A stretch of 62,739 nucleotides of DNA, counting the filler, from Circinaria calcarea (lineage: Eukaryota), in NCBI GenBank assembly GCA_051942165.1. It is 22 parts of 22 records of this genome, joined end to end, with 100 filler letters (N's around TTAATTAATTAA, not from the genome) between each part and the next. Parts side by side here need not be neighbours in the genome. Positions count along the whole stretch, not along the records: positions 1 to 2,770 come from JAVECS010003266.1; positions 2,871 to 5,639 come from JAVECS010003267.1; positions 5,740 to 8,507 come from JAVECS010003268.1; positions 8,608 to 11,375 come from JAVECS010003269.1; 18 more parts are not named here. One strand, 5' to 3'. Position numbers and translations under genes: made by a program. The notes below the pieces were generated by a model. That model saw only the letters and a list, made by a program, of their open reading frames with translations, was not told the DNA's origin and did not search any database. Positions 1 through 11,475 of this stretch are shown here, in pieces (the first letter of the stretch is position 1; every line of letters begins with the position of its first letter).

Positions 1-375
1 GGAGCCGTCTGACATTTCGGTTCAGTTGGAGTAACGGCTCGACGGCCAAGCGATCCATATGGAGTAGGTATCATCAAACCCTGTACCCAACGGGTTCGCA
101 TCTGCTTCAATAGCTAATAGTCAATATTATTTGCTCTGTTAAAAGTGGAAATGTAATACTGAAGTTGGAAATAGGTAGTAGCTAAAATACGAAGGGTTGA
201 AACAACCATATCCCAATGATAGCTAGATTTGTAACCGAAATCCATGCTTGAACTGTCGGCGGAATCGAGTGCAGCAAACACAGAGCAAGCATATTATACC
301 GCACTTCTCTAGTTCATCCTCATCTCCCATATAGACAGACAGACCTCAAGACATACATCTCTATCCCCCAAACAT

Positions 376-724
376 TTGGGGGGAAGTTGTCGGGGGGAGG
401 TCGTCTGGTTTTTCTAGAGTAGTTTACCCGTTATGGTAGCGAAAGAAAATAAAATTCAATATAACATGATTTCTGAACTTAGCCTTAGCACGTACCACCC
501 TGTACATTTTGTATGCCCACCAAGCATATACAGGTTGCAAGCATCGAGTGATTTACTTAGGCAGTGATGTGCATAAGAGGTGTTAGGTTAATCGCGACAT
601 CGAAATTGGAATCCAAATTGCAAAGTAATAAACAATCTATGAAGTTCCACTATGCATGTAATGCTGAATTCTGGTTTCATTACCGGATAATTACTTCAAG
701 AAAACCGGACGACTTCCCCCCCAA
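376..724. mobile_element. Decayed MITE-like element with G-rich terminal inverted repeats
   Basis: 392-435 (GGGGGGAGGTCGTCTGGTTTTTCTAGAGTAGTTTACCCGTTATG) aligns without gaps to the reverse complement of about 678-721 (GGGGGGAAGTCGTCCGGTTTTCTTGAAGTAATTATCCGGTAATG), 33/44 by hand count. The left terminus is tandemly duplicated (378-391, 392-405). No TSD found. Confidence 0.5.
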
Positions 725-1487
725 GTGCCTTGTCTCTATCCTCAGCTTCCAACCTACACATACCGAACTGAAACCCGTGCCCGCACCCAGATGCAAAAAA
801 ACGGGCGTGAAGAAAGGTCTGGGGTCCCCCCTCTCCAGTTGCGCGCCTTACCCCAGCTCCCGCGGTTCTCGCTTGGATGCTCCTGCCGGAGGGGAATGCA
901 GATGCAGCACTCATCGTCCAAGCGAGGCGGACCCAAAGACCCTTCTAGAGCATTCATCCGGCCCAAAGGCGGGGCGGAGATCAAATCCCCTGTCTCGAGG
1001 TGTCAGGCGGACCGTTGGAACGGCATTGGCCCGGCGAAACTCAAAGAAACTCAAAGGTCTCGCTCAGGGTACCCGTCTCCAACCTCGTGGCGGAATACCT
1101 ACCGAAGCGAACATGGAGTAGTCCCCCAACTGTCTCACGTCTGACATCAGGCTGGACCTCTACAATAGTTCACAATGTCCGTTGCAACCGGTATGCCAAC
1201 GTGCTATTTGGCGACCTTTTTAGATAGCTCATTATAATTCCCGGCCTCAGTGAAAAGCACTGTCGGCGGTCTCTCGGTACTCGATGGAGAAGCACTGATC
1301 TATTCCTGCAGGAGCGGGAGCAACCACAACTACGAATACCTAACTACTCACATCGGCTCGGAATGTCTTGCGACTAGAGCAAAAAGCGCCGGCCAAGAAG
1401 GCCCCGCACGTAAAAAGTCAGTCAGTTTAGGTGGATCGTGTATGCATGGCCTTTTCAGAAACAAAACGTTCGTCGCGCTTTAAAAGT

Positions 1488-2758
1488 CTATAGGAAGTAA
1501 TCGGGAGTACGCCGAGACACCATGGGCTCCCCAGCTCTTGGGCAGGGATCAAATTGCAGGCTTTGACTCGTTAGCAGACATGGCAAGAGCCGTAGGAAGG
1601 AGGGCAATCTCACAAGGTGTATTTCAGGTGCTCGTCAATCTCCATTATCGCAGCCTGGTTCCCACATCGATAGCAATAATTCGGCGCTGAAAGTCAAGAT
1701 TCAGCATGCTGCCAAGCCCCTCTTTACGAAGCTGTCCATACCTGAGAAAATCGTGACCACATTCCTGTCTTGACTCCAATTGTATCCCTCCATCACCAGT
1801 TGATGTGCTCGCGCAACTAACGTCAGTCCGTTGTTATGATTGAATGCCTCCGATATATCCTGTCCAAAGGTGTATCCCGCGCCTCGTGGACTGATCCCCC
1901 ATCCACATCGATCATCCGGATCACTCCACAACAAGTCACACATCGGGCCTTCGTGGGGTACTTCTTGTATCCTATCCAACGCTCGGATGTTGTCTAACGT
2001 GTCGATACTCGGGGACAGTCCTCCGTGCAGACAGAAGATTTGGTTGTCGATCAGCGCTGTCAGGGGTAGATAGTCGAAGAGGTCGGTAAAGGATTTCCAC
2101 ACGTTGGCATTACCGTACTTGCGAAGGCACTCGTCGTAGAAGCCATAGACTTGAGTAATCTGACGTGACTCGTGGTTACCGCGAAGGATGGTGATGCGTT
2201 GTGGATATCGAATCTTCAAGGCAACAAGAAGGGTGACCGTCTCGACGGAATAGTAACCCCGATCAACATAGTCCCCTGTAGGTTTGTACGTCAGCTCATG
2301 TAGAATAAGTCACAAAGAGCCACCCATACCCATAAACAGGTAGTTGGTGTCCGGGTTCGGGCCACCGATACGGAAAAGCTCCATGAGGTCGTGAAATTGC
2401 CCATGTATATCTCCACACACTGTGACTGGGCATTTCTAGATGAAGCTGTTCAGTGTATAGCTCCCACTCGGTGGCTAGTGCAAAGGGACAAACCACTGGC
2501 TGCACATTCGATTCCTCCTGCAGTACTTCTCGAGCCTGGTCAGAAACAATTGATTAGCGGTTTGCCAGCACCTTCACAATCCAAAACAGCACAGACTTTG
2601 TCACATAGCCTTTGTACATCACTCTCTGCCAGTTGTTTGCAGTTCATCAGACTCTCTATCCACCCATCCAGGGTTGGAATCGTTGCGGGCTCTGAGGCAG
2701 GGGAAAGCTGATGCGATTCCGGCACCTTGCCCAAGTCCACGTCCATTTTCGAATCCAT
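1488..2758 (-). CDS. PPH21: Serine/threonine protein phosphatase 2A catalytic subunit, complete, 6 exons
   Basis: The spliced product has the PPP motifs GDIHG, GDYVDRG and RGNHE, plus [11 protein letters not shown] and the PP2A C-terminus TPDYFL (stop TAG 1488-1490). Five GT-AG introns traced; first exon 2597-2758. Confidence 0.97.
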
Positions 2759-2770
2759 AGCCAGTCAAGG

Positions 2771-2870
2771 NNNNNNNNNNNNNNNNNNNNNNNNNNNNNN
2801 NNNNNNNNNNNNNNTTAATTAATTAANNNNNNNNNNNNNNNNNNNNNNNNNNNNNNNNNNNNNNNNNNNN
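2771..2870. other. Artificial contig-joining spacer (N44 + TTAATTAATTAA + N44), first of 21
   Basis: Identical 100-bp spacer with stops in all six frames, starting at 2771, 5640, 8508, 11376, 14242, 17108, 19973, 22834, 25693, 28552, 31410, 34268, 37124, 39979, 42830, 45678, 48525, 51370, 54215, 57057 and 59899. Contig lengths between spacers decrease monotonically. Confidence 0.99.
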
Positions 2871-4564
2871 GAGATGGGCAAACGGTCGCTTTTGTGGATC
2901 CTTGTCAAGCGAATGCTCCCATTTACCAAGCCCTTGGAGCAGTTCTTGAAGCGATACTTCTTCTGCAGATTTGCCGAATAATTCCTGGTAAAGACCTTCA
3001 GTCCACTTCTCATCCCTCTGGCTGATACACGAGTGCCAACGATACGCCTATCAAGAACTTAGCAAGCCCTGCTTGTAGTCCTGTACATGTCCTACCAGGT
3101 TGAACTCTGCAGACACTTGATTTCCAACACCACGGGGAGTGCCATCTGCGCCAAAGATTTTTCCCATTTCAACGCGAGGGTCAAGAGTCCACGTGGTATT
3201 GCTTCGATTCAGATTTACGATTGTCCGCAAGTAGTCCATCAGTGTTACATTCATATACATACCGCAGGTTATAAGCCGTCCAGTCTGAAAGAGATCCTCA
3301 TCATATTTAGCCCAGGCCTTTTGAGCATTAGTTTCCGTTAGCCCTTCCCGTGGTTTCGTAAACCGCCCGTTCTCGTTGATCACTGCAAGCTGTTCGACCA
3401 CATAGTTGTGGAAGCTAAGGATCCTCAGCATGTTTTGGCGTACCTGAAACACGAAGTCATACTGACCGATTGTACATTATAAGCATACACCCAGTCCCCG
3501 GCGGGAACCCTAGTAGTCTTTCCTCGGCAAAGCAATCCACTTTAAGTTTACCATCTTTGAAAGTTCTGATCTGGTCTTGGTCTGCTTGGACGTCGCCATA
3601 GAGTGGAGATAAGTCGAGGTAGGAAGAGGTCTTGGATATGTTGAAATCTTCATGCGACGTTTGGAAAAGGTCTAAGAAGGGTTTAGCATTGCTATATTGA
3701 TAACAAGTAATCATTCTGCATTCGGAGGGCCCCACCGTGGATAATGATTGAAGCGTGATAAAAGAAAACACTCGAAACATTATTAGGGTGAGGCGTGAAT
3801 TCTCTACGAGCGAAAACGCTGTCAAAAATTAAGCCCGGGTCAGGTAAGGCTCCTGGTTGCATAACGTTGGGGTGCACTGAACGCGCATATGCAGTGTTGG
3901 CGGCTCCTAGGTGTGGATATAGGATATTCTAATTCCATTAATCAATCTGATGACAAAGTGCAGTCCGACAACCTACGTTGTATGAACCGTCTGCTTGGCG
4001 GTACTGGAACTTATCTCCCAGATAGGACATTGGAGGATGCTGCATTGAGTCCCAGAGCTCGTCGATAAAGGAATTGGTCAAATCGACACGAGTCTTGGAT
4101 AACTTCGGCAGTCCGCTCACCAGCTGGGCATGCCTATAAGCATGAAGTCAATTGTATGAATGGACAGAGCTTACCTGAATAACGCGTTCCATGAGATATG
4201 TCTTGTCATCCTGTAGGCCACCTGCTCCTTTCGACTTCATGACCTCCATCAATGTTTTAACATCCTTGAAACCCAGGCTTTTAAGGTCTTCCTTAAGCCC
4301 TGAAGGTTCCTCATGATCCAAGTAGGCTCCATCCCCGGATTGAGTTGGCAGCGGCCTTCTTGACGCGTGAAGCAACTGTCCGAATTGCTGAAATGAGCTC
4401 TGTACTTCTGCCCTGCTTGCACTATGATGATCCGGTTCAGCGGGTTTCTTCTGCGAAGCTTGACCGTTTTCCTTGCTTGACAAGTCTTTGCCAGCTGCCG
4501 AGGTACCGTTGCTGAGGGCCTCGTCATTCTTCCGTCTACGGAATGTTGAGAGTCTTTTCAGCAT
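2871..4564 (-). CDS. ppoC: Heme fatty-acid dioxygenase (psi-producing oxygenase, PpoC/10R-dioxygenase type), 3' truncated
   Basis: Starts MLKRLSTFRR at 4564. Spliced exons give DDKTYLMERVIQ, HPPMSYLG, YRQADGSYN, IIHDLFQT (distal His), SSYLDLSPLYG, DLFQTGRLITCG and EFNLAYRWH (catalytic Tyr, proximal His). The N-terminus (LLHASRRPLPTQSGDGAYLDHE) resembles PpoC rather than PpoA. Confidence 0.88.
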
Positions 4565-5739
4565 GTTGAAACTGATGCCGAGTACGAATAGGAGTGGTGT
4601 GAGGACGATGCGGAGTATGTTCTGAAAAAGGCCCTCTATTGACATAGACATGGGGGAGTAAGAGGATCACCCGGGATTGCACATCGAAGCCCTGATTCCG
4701 CAAGAGGGGAGGAAGCTATGGTTATAATCCACCCCACCCACGTGCACTTACTTGTAGCAGCCATGACGCAGGAGCCCAATGAACCTATCGCCGTGGAAAT
4801 TAAAGCAGAGATTGGACCACGACACCGGGCGAAGACCCCGCTGCATGAATCCAGCCATACCTGCTCGTTATGGAAAAGTAAAAGGAGTGGCAGGCCAGCA
4901 TACATGTCTGATCTAGAATGACGACGGCGGCCATCTTCGGTGCAACCCATCACAAGACCTGTGCAATCTGCGTATACCCCACTTTGCAAGTGAAAAGTAT
5001 CAGACTCTCTAGTCTCCAGGCCCGTCTTCCCGGACTAGGCTTCCCGCTTGAAGCTAAATGGATCCGAGCCATGTTTGAGAGCCTGGGGGCGCTCATGGAG
5101 TTATCCGGATCTCAAAAGTTCCGGTGTTTTGGCCAACTCTTAGTTTCTAGCATCCAGTCTGTAGCAATGGGCGGTGAAGTATCAGGGGCCTTTGATACGG
5201 ATTGAGAGGCATGCTCTGCAGTGTGGGAAACAGCGATCTGACACCGTTGTGTTGCACGAGTCCTGGCGTGAGGAGAAGCTCTTGCTGCACCAGAAGATCG
5301 TCGTCGAGTCTGATGTCCTCAAGCTGTGGAATGAACCACTCATCAGGCGACAGAAGTGGAGACAGTGTAAGGTTATGCAGTAGCAGCGATCTGCCGCGCC
5401 CGTTATCACTCACTCAGTGTCTATCTGCACGGCTGCAGTCGCAGACATTGGATATGTTCATGCTGCGCCAATGGTTGGCCCGTTAGAAGAGGGGCAGGCC
5501 CACGCCTTCTGGGCACAAGAGGTTTCATGGGCTGGCTGAAGATCAAGCCCTCGAATAGATATCCACGTTCGGGGTCATCAATGCTGTTGTGATACTCCGT
5601 ACCATACATTCAGCTGGTCCCTGTCCCGTCGAATCCCTGNNNNNNNNNNNNNNNNNNNNNNNNNNNNNNNNNNNNNNNNNNNNTTAATTAATTAANNNNN
5701 NNNNNNNNNNNNNNNNNNNNNNNNNNNNNNNNNNNNNNN

Positions 5740-5976
5740 TCGATTTATTATTGGGAGAGGTGGGGGAGGAGGGGCGGCGTTTGGAGTGGGGGTACATGAG
5801 GGTTGTGACTGCGACAAAGAGTTAGTAGGGGAAAGTAGGAAAGGAATGGGGAGAGGTGGGGTTATACATGCGTTGCCGGGAGGGGGAGTGGTGAGTTTGC
5901 AGGTGGGGAGAGTGGTGGAGGTCATTTCGGAGGCGGTGATGGGGTCTGAGGGGGTTTCTTCGTCGGTAGTAGACAT
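5740..5976 (-). CDS. Possible 5' fragment of a gene divergent from the helicase (Pro/Thr-rich)
   Basis: ATG at 5976 opens a frame to the contig edge, about 250 bp upstream of the helicase start. No recognisable domain. Confidence 0.25.
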
Positions 5977-6223
5977 GACTGCAATATGTGAGAGTTTGGA
6001 TGAGAAATGATTGGAAGTGATAAAGCTTGACTCGATTCAAGGACGCGGGTCACCAAGGTTGGGGGGGGGGTTTGTTCTAGCTTGGGAATTTTATTTTTTT
6101 GATATTGACATCAAATCCTGTCAGCAATCCTACCAAACACAACCAAAATCTTATACTTTCAAATCTATATTTTGAACGTTTCTCTATGGATCATTTACCT
6201 GACAACACCGAGGATCCTGTAGA

Positions 6224-8507
6224 ATGGTTGCTCAAGGGAAGCGTGGGGGCGGTGGCAGCAGCAACTCGAACAAAGCACCCGCAAAGCCTGCTGCCGATGC
6301 CGAGGATAGCTACATTGTCTTTTCAAACGCAAAAGACGACGGTAAGGCGAAGAAGACGGAGTCCAAAGGCTCCTCCAGCAAAAATGGGGTGACTTTAACC
6401 CAGCCAGCGGGTGAAGATGCGCCCAAGAAACCAGATACCAGAAAATTGATAGGAGGGGCTTCCTGGACGGGCAAACTTCCGGTCAACATGCTGTCAGAGC
6501 ATTGTCAGAAGCAGAGGTGGGAGAAACCGGAGTATACTATGGTATGAGATAGTCAGAACAAAGCACCGACCGTGCCTGACATTTAGATACGAATAGCGCA
6601 AAACGCCGGATGGTTTTTCTTCCATGGTCATACTTCGAGCCGTAAACTCGAAAACCAAGGAGGCGGTTTCCCTTCCGCCCTTCAAGTTACCGCCTACCCA
6701 TGAGCACCTAGCCGCCCAGCCAACAGCTGTCGAGGCCCGACATTTTGCGGCCACTTATGCACTGTTCCGAATATGCAGTATGCGGAACATACATATGATG
6801 CTACCTCCTACCTACAGAGATCTCTGGAAAGGAGACTTTCAGGACTTGAAGAGAGATGATGTCAAGGAAGGAAGAGGGTGGATGTACGAGGCAGATCCGT
6901 TTGCGGCTAAGCTGGAGCGAGAGGAAGCACAGGCCTTGATGGCGAAGAAACGAGATGAGAGAGAAAAACAAAAAGCCAAAGAAGCGGAACAACCGTCTGG
7001 ACCGGGAATGTCAAGTGTCGGCGGTGGTAATCGGAATGTTATGCGAGGCTGGGCTAGGGTGCCAAAGATTGACATGGGAAAACGGACACGAGTGCAGGTT
7101 GAGGACTTGGTACGCAAACATGCTGTTTGGAATCCTCATGGAATTGTCCTTTCGGAATTTCAGCGACGGAACATTATCAACGAGTTTGTCGACTTGGGTT
7201 TTAGGAAAAGTCATGTCGATGAGGCAGTGCAAGAATGTAAAGATCGAGAGGAAGTATTGGAATGGCTTCTCATACACGTCCCAGAGGATGATCTCCCTTC
7301 ATGGAGTCTCCCAGAGGGCTATGTGGCAGGCATAAGTATGGCAAGTGGAAACATGAAAAGAGAAGCGTCTATCAAGAGGCTCGCTGAGACTGGGTACTCT
7401 GCAGAGCTTTGCGAACGGTTGCTAGATGAAAATCATGGAGATGAAGGAAGAACTGCGGAAGCACTACAAAAGCTGCTACTTCAAGGCGAGACGAACGATC
7501 GATCAGAAAGGTGCACGGATATGGGAGCATTAACTATTGACTCCGGAGAAGACCCGCTGGATCTTGTTTGGACAGAGGAGCAAGGTACTCTTGAAGCCAT
7601 CTATGGTCATCGCTATCACAAGATATCTTCAGAGACCTGCCAGATAGATCTAAAGATGCCCCGCTCAAAGACAGAGTATTTGCTGAGCGTTAGAAAATCG
7701 AGGCTGTACCCAATGACTGCACCTATTATCTCTGTATCGGCAAAAGGGCTTCCAGCATATATCCGATTAAGTATCATTCGGCAAGTCATTCAGTATTGTA
7801 GTGGGAGTCTCCTCGATGAACCTATGATTTACAATATAGTGGACTGGCTGGAGGCAGAGATCCCAAGAATTTTCAACAACCCAGGAAAGCTACGTGACGT
7901 CTCTGCAGCAGCATCTGTTGTCGGAGAATCATCCATGTCCAACCCTAATAAGCAAAAGCGATTTCAAAGGTTGCCACCGAAAGCCATCAATTGGCGATCA
8001 GGAACCCAAGAAAGCTTAAGTATCTTAAACCGTTGGCAGGCTAAGCAAACATCTGCACAGCAACAGAAAATGCTTGCTGGAAGGCAGACGCTGCCAGCTT
8101 GGAGTCTTCGAGATATCATAGTACGAGCAGTCAATGAGAATCAGGTGACGATCATATCTGGAGAAACTGGTTCCGGTAAATCGACACAGTGTGTCCAATT
8201 CGTGCTAGACGACATGATCCAACGAAATTTCGGTGCTGCTGCGAATATCATCTGCACGCAACCTCGAAGGATATCAGCACTAGGATTGGCGGATCGAGTT
8301 AGCGATGAGAGGTGCTCAATGGTAGGTGAAGAGGTTGGATATGCTATTCGAGGCGAATCAAAGCAAAAACCAGGCATCACCAAGATTACTTTTGTAACCA
8401 CGGGTGTTTTACTTCGACGACTACAAACCTCTGGTGGAAGTACCGAGGACGTTGTTGCTTCTTTGGCAGATGTCAGTCATGTTGTTGTCGACGAAGTACA
8501 TGAACGA
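6224..8507 (+). CDS. DEAH/RHA RNA helicase, DHX57/Ucp12/YLR419W-like (UBA-like, RWD and helicase core), 3' truncated
   Basis: Exon 1 6224-6541, intron GTATGA...AG (6542-6596), then in frame. Motifs SWTGKLPVNMLSEHCQKQRW, LEWLLIHVPEDDLP, GETGSGKST (motif I), CTQPRRISA (Ia), TTGVLLR and VVVDEVHER (II). Confidence 0.93.
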
Positions 8508-8632
8508 NNNNNNNNNNNNNNNNNNNNNNNNNNNNNNNNNNNNNNNNNNNNTTAATTAATTAANNNNNNNNNNNNNNNNNNNNNNNNNNNNNNNNNNNNN
8601 NNNNNNNACGGACTTGATGTGCGCTATACAAT

Positions 8633-9790
8633 CTATATAACGGCCTGTCCTTCCTGACCTTTCACCCGTCTACCTTCGAGGTAACTCCTTCCACTCTCGT
8701 ATACACCGAGATAGAGTCCACTACCAAGCGCCGTCCAAACCGCCCTCAAGGCTCCCCCTCTAAACAGTCCTTTGATCCCTTCACCCTTGAGTATATTTCT
8801 GCCCACTGCAAGACCTCCTGCTCTCCCACCTCTTGCGGCCTGATTGGCCTTTTTGACTTCGGCATTTGCATCTCTACCCTGAGCCTCGATTTGCTTGAGA
8901 GCTTGCTTCCTTGCGTCTGAAAGTGTGTCGCTGTCACTAGCGGCGCTGAGCATTATGCGTGTTTTCACCACATCAATCGGTGTAGTGATAACCGCCGCAA
9001 TGGAGCCTGCAGCACCAGCTGACAACGCCGTCACCGTACCTTTCTCGAGTAATGTACCACTGGACGTCCCCTTCTGCTCACGATACACCAGGATGTTTTT
9101 TTTTAAATGCTCAAACATAGGAAACTGCATAGCAGTGAATGGGAGATTTCGCGCCACCAAGGCCGTATATCCTCTCCACAATTGACTAGGTTTATTGAAT
9201 TTCTTCAGAGCTTGTACTGTTGCATTGCCATCAAAGGCTTGTGTGGAGGCCGAGGCGGATTTCTGAACCATTTGTGCATTTTGCTTCAGCACTTCGGCCG
9301 GCGTGAGGATGAGGCATGAGACTAGCTCTCCAAAGGAGGAAGCAACGGAATGGATAATCGGAGTCGGAACCAGTGGAGTATTGTTGGACCCTAAAGTAGG
9401 GTTCAGTCGGTGAAAGATGGATTTGGTGCCCTCGTATGTGGTGAAGAATGCTCCGGCTGTAGGTGGCGCAAGAGGTTCAGCGTGGGAGCATCTGGCAGAC
9501 CGTAGGGTTGTCCTCACAAGATGGTACCGTGGCTATCACGACACTGCCAATGCCTTGATATAATCCGCGGAATAGCGACCTGTTAATGGTACTGGTAGAT
9601 GCATTGGTGTAGAGCCGTTTATAGTCTGGGGACTGGATCCGAGTCTTGACAGTATCGAGAGGATAGACCAACAGGTCAACGGTAAATGCTGCAAACGCAC
9701 CAGCCTAATAGATGTTAGCAACAGACATTCGAGTCTTGAGCATTAGAATGTCCATACCAAAAGAATGTCAGTGTTGGTATTAAACGACAT
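8633..9790 (-). CDS. Mitochondrial carrier family protein, S-adenosylmethionine carrier (Pet8/Sam5)-like, 3 exons
   Basis: Three carrier signatures: YPLDTVKTRIQ, TPAEVLKQNAQ, TPIDVVKTRIM. Also ARNLPFTAMQFPMFE. Starts MSFNTNTDILL at 9790; two GT-AG introns. Confidence 0.9.
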
Positions 9791-10300
9791 GAATTGGCAG
9801 AGGGTTTCCTGACAGAATCATGCATCGCCGTTGGTTATTGGTCAAAGCACATGCCAAAGGCATCAATGACGTCGTACACGATGCTAGGCCCAAAGAGGGT
9901 CACGGGTAGTTTGTATCAGCCGGCTCAATTTTCCTTTTACGAATAACGTATTGCCATTAATGGGAACCCTAAGGTACCTAATTGATAGTAGGGTGTCTCG
10001 GGGACTTGAAATGGTCATCATTAACCGAAGGAGCGTGGGTTTGAGCATTCGTATATATACCTGGTCCTTTGCCTCGTCTTTCTGCAACTTTTTACTCTTT
10101 ACTCTCTCACTACCTTATCCCATCAAAGGGTAGGTCGAAGGTTATCAAGTCCATCATAGGTGACCGGGGAATTCAAATTCTACTACACTCTTCTACCTAT
10201 ACCTACTGAAAGACCGCTGTGAATTCTGAACAAGGTTGGTAGCAGTCTTGTCCATTTCGTAACTCTCCTTCGATCTTTCCGTTGATTGACCTCTACCTAG

Positions 10301-10879
10301 ATGGGTGCCTGGGGTTTCCTACTCTTTCAGTCTGACCAGCATCTTGATGTCGCCGCAGAGCTTGCTGACGAAGCCGGAATCGAGTCTCTGGACTGCCCCG
10401 AGGATGTGGAGCAGGTCAAGGGTGAATTGGAAGGCACTGTTCTCAATGGCCTTTTCGACAGATTCAAGAAGCAGAGACCACAGCCTGCAGAGTATATTGC
10501 TATCCTCGGGGCTCTAGCAATGCAGGTTGGAGCTCGCATCCGTCCCGAGGATCTGGCCCTAATCGGCCGATGTGCCAAACGTTCACGGGATTTCTTGATG
10601 GAAGGTGCCGATCAGCTCAAGGTAGCTTTAAAGGCCTACAAGAATGACGGTACACCCTATGAGTTTGAGAGTCCTGACCTCCTGGAGACTGCCATCATGG
10701 GTACACCTTACCCTCCAGGACATCCTATGCACGAAGAAGCAAAGTATGTTCGTGAAGGGTCCGGCGACGATATCCTAGAGAGTATCGAAGGCCGAGCTGG
10801 AGAAGTTTCCGATGGATTAGATGGAGCCAAGAATTCAGCTGGCAAGACCACCACAGGGCATCACGATGCATTCAACTAG
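10301..10879 (+). CDS. Hypothetical protein with MGAWG N-terminus (DUF4259-like)
   Basis: 192-aa ORF starting MGAWGFLLFQSDQHLD, with ILGALAMQVGARI. A putative intron (GTTGGT 10235, TTGAC, CTAG 10300) ends immediately before the ATG. Confidence 0.65.
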   Translation: MGAWGFLLFQSDQHLDVAAELADEAGIESLDCPEDVEQVKGELEGTVLNGLFDRFKKQRPQPAEYIAILGALAMQVGARIRPEDLALIGRCAKRSRDFLMEGADQLKVALKAYKNDGTPYEFESPDLLETAIMGTPYPPGHPMHEEAKYVREGSGDDILESIEGRAGEVSDGLDGAKNSAGKTTTGHHDAFN

Positions 10880-10888
10880 GTATGTAAG

Positions 10889-11266
10889 TCAACAATACTT
10901 GATCCAATCACCAAAGCTAATCAAGGTAGAATCGAGTCTCAAGCTCGCCATAGGCCATAGCCCTAAAGCTCTTGTAACATGCTCCAGCTCTGAACCTGTA
11001 CTGGATTCAACCGCGGAGATAGCTACAACCTCCTTCTCACTACAATATGTAAGAACAGGTACCCCGTTGTGTGATGCTGGAAGCATGTCAATAATCATTT
11101 TCCAGAGCTCAAATCGCAACTCACCGAAATCCTCTTCCCTCGTCAAAGGGACCGACCAAGTATCCCCAGGAGAACGAGCTCCGATGCCCTTGATGCTAGA
11201 TATCCTTAGATATCCAGCTTCACCAAGGGAATTATCCGCTCTAGCATAGCTAGGAACAAATAGCAA
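10889..11266 (-). CDS. C-terminal exon of an unidentified protein, 5' truncated
   Basis: 125-codon open frame with globular-protein composition ending LISFGDWIKYC*, convergent with the 10301 gene. Family not recognised. Confidence 0.4.
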   Translation of the reverse strand: MLFVPSYARADNSLGEAGYLRISSIKGIGARSPGDTWSVPLTREEDFGELRFELWKMIIDMLPASHNGVPVLTYCSEKEVVAISAVESSTGSELEHVTRALGLWPMASLRLDSTLISFGDWIKYC

Positions 11267-11475
11267 TCTACCGAAACATCTCTACATCACCGTGCCGAAG
11301 CAGCTGTAGATCCCCCCCCTTTCAACCACTGCTGTTCTTCTTCCCCCCCTTCCACCCATCTCCTCTCCCCACCATNNNNNNNNNNNNNNNNNNNNNNNNN
11401 NNNNNNNNNNNNNNNNNNNTTAATTAATTAANNNNNNNNNNNNNNNNNNNNNNNNNNNNNNNNNNNNNNNNNNNN

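Noticed and set aside
564..1227. Overlapping ORFs of 75-185 aa downstream of PP2A
   Set aside because: No recognisable domain, non-ATG starts, and overlap with an inverted-repeat element and probable UTR.
2815..2826. TTAATTAATTAA repeated every ~2.85 kb, resembling a regular array or piggyBac TTAA sites
   Set aside because: Always centred in N runs. It is a synthetic six-frame-stop linker, not a CRISPR array or a target site.
4636..5609. Several short ORFs upstream of ppoC
   Set aside because: No motif or consistent exon structure; likely promoter or intergenic sequence.
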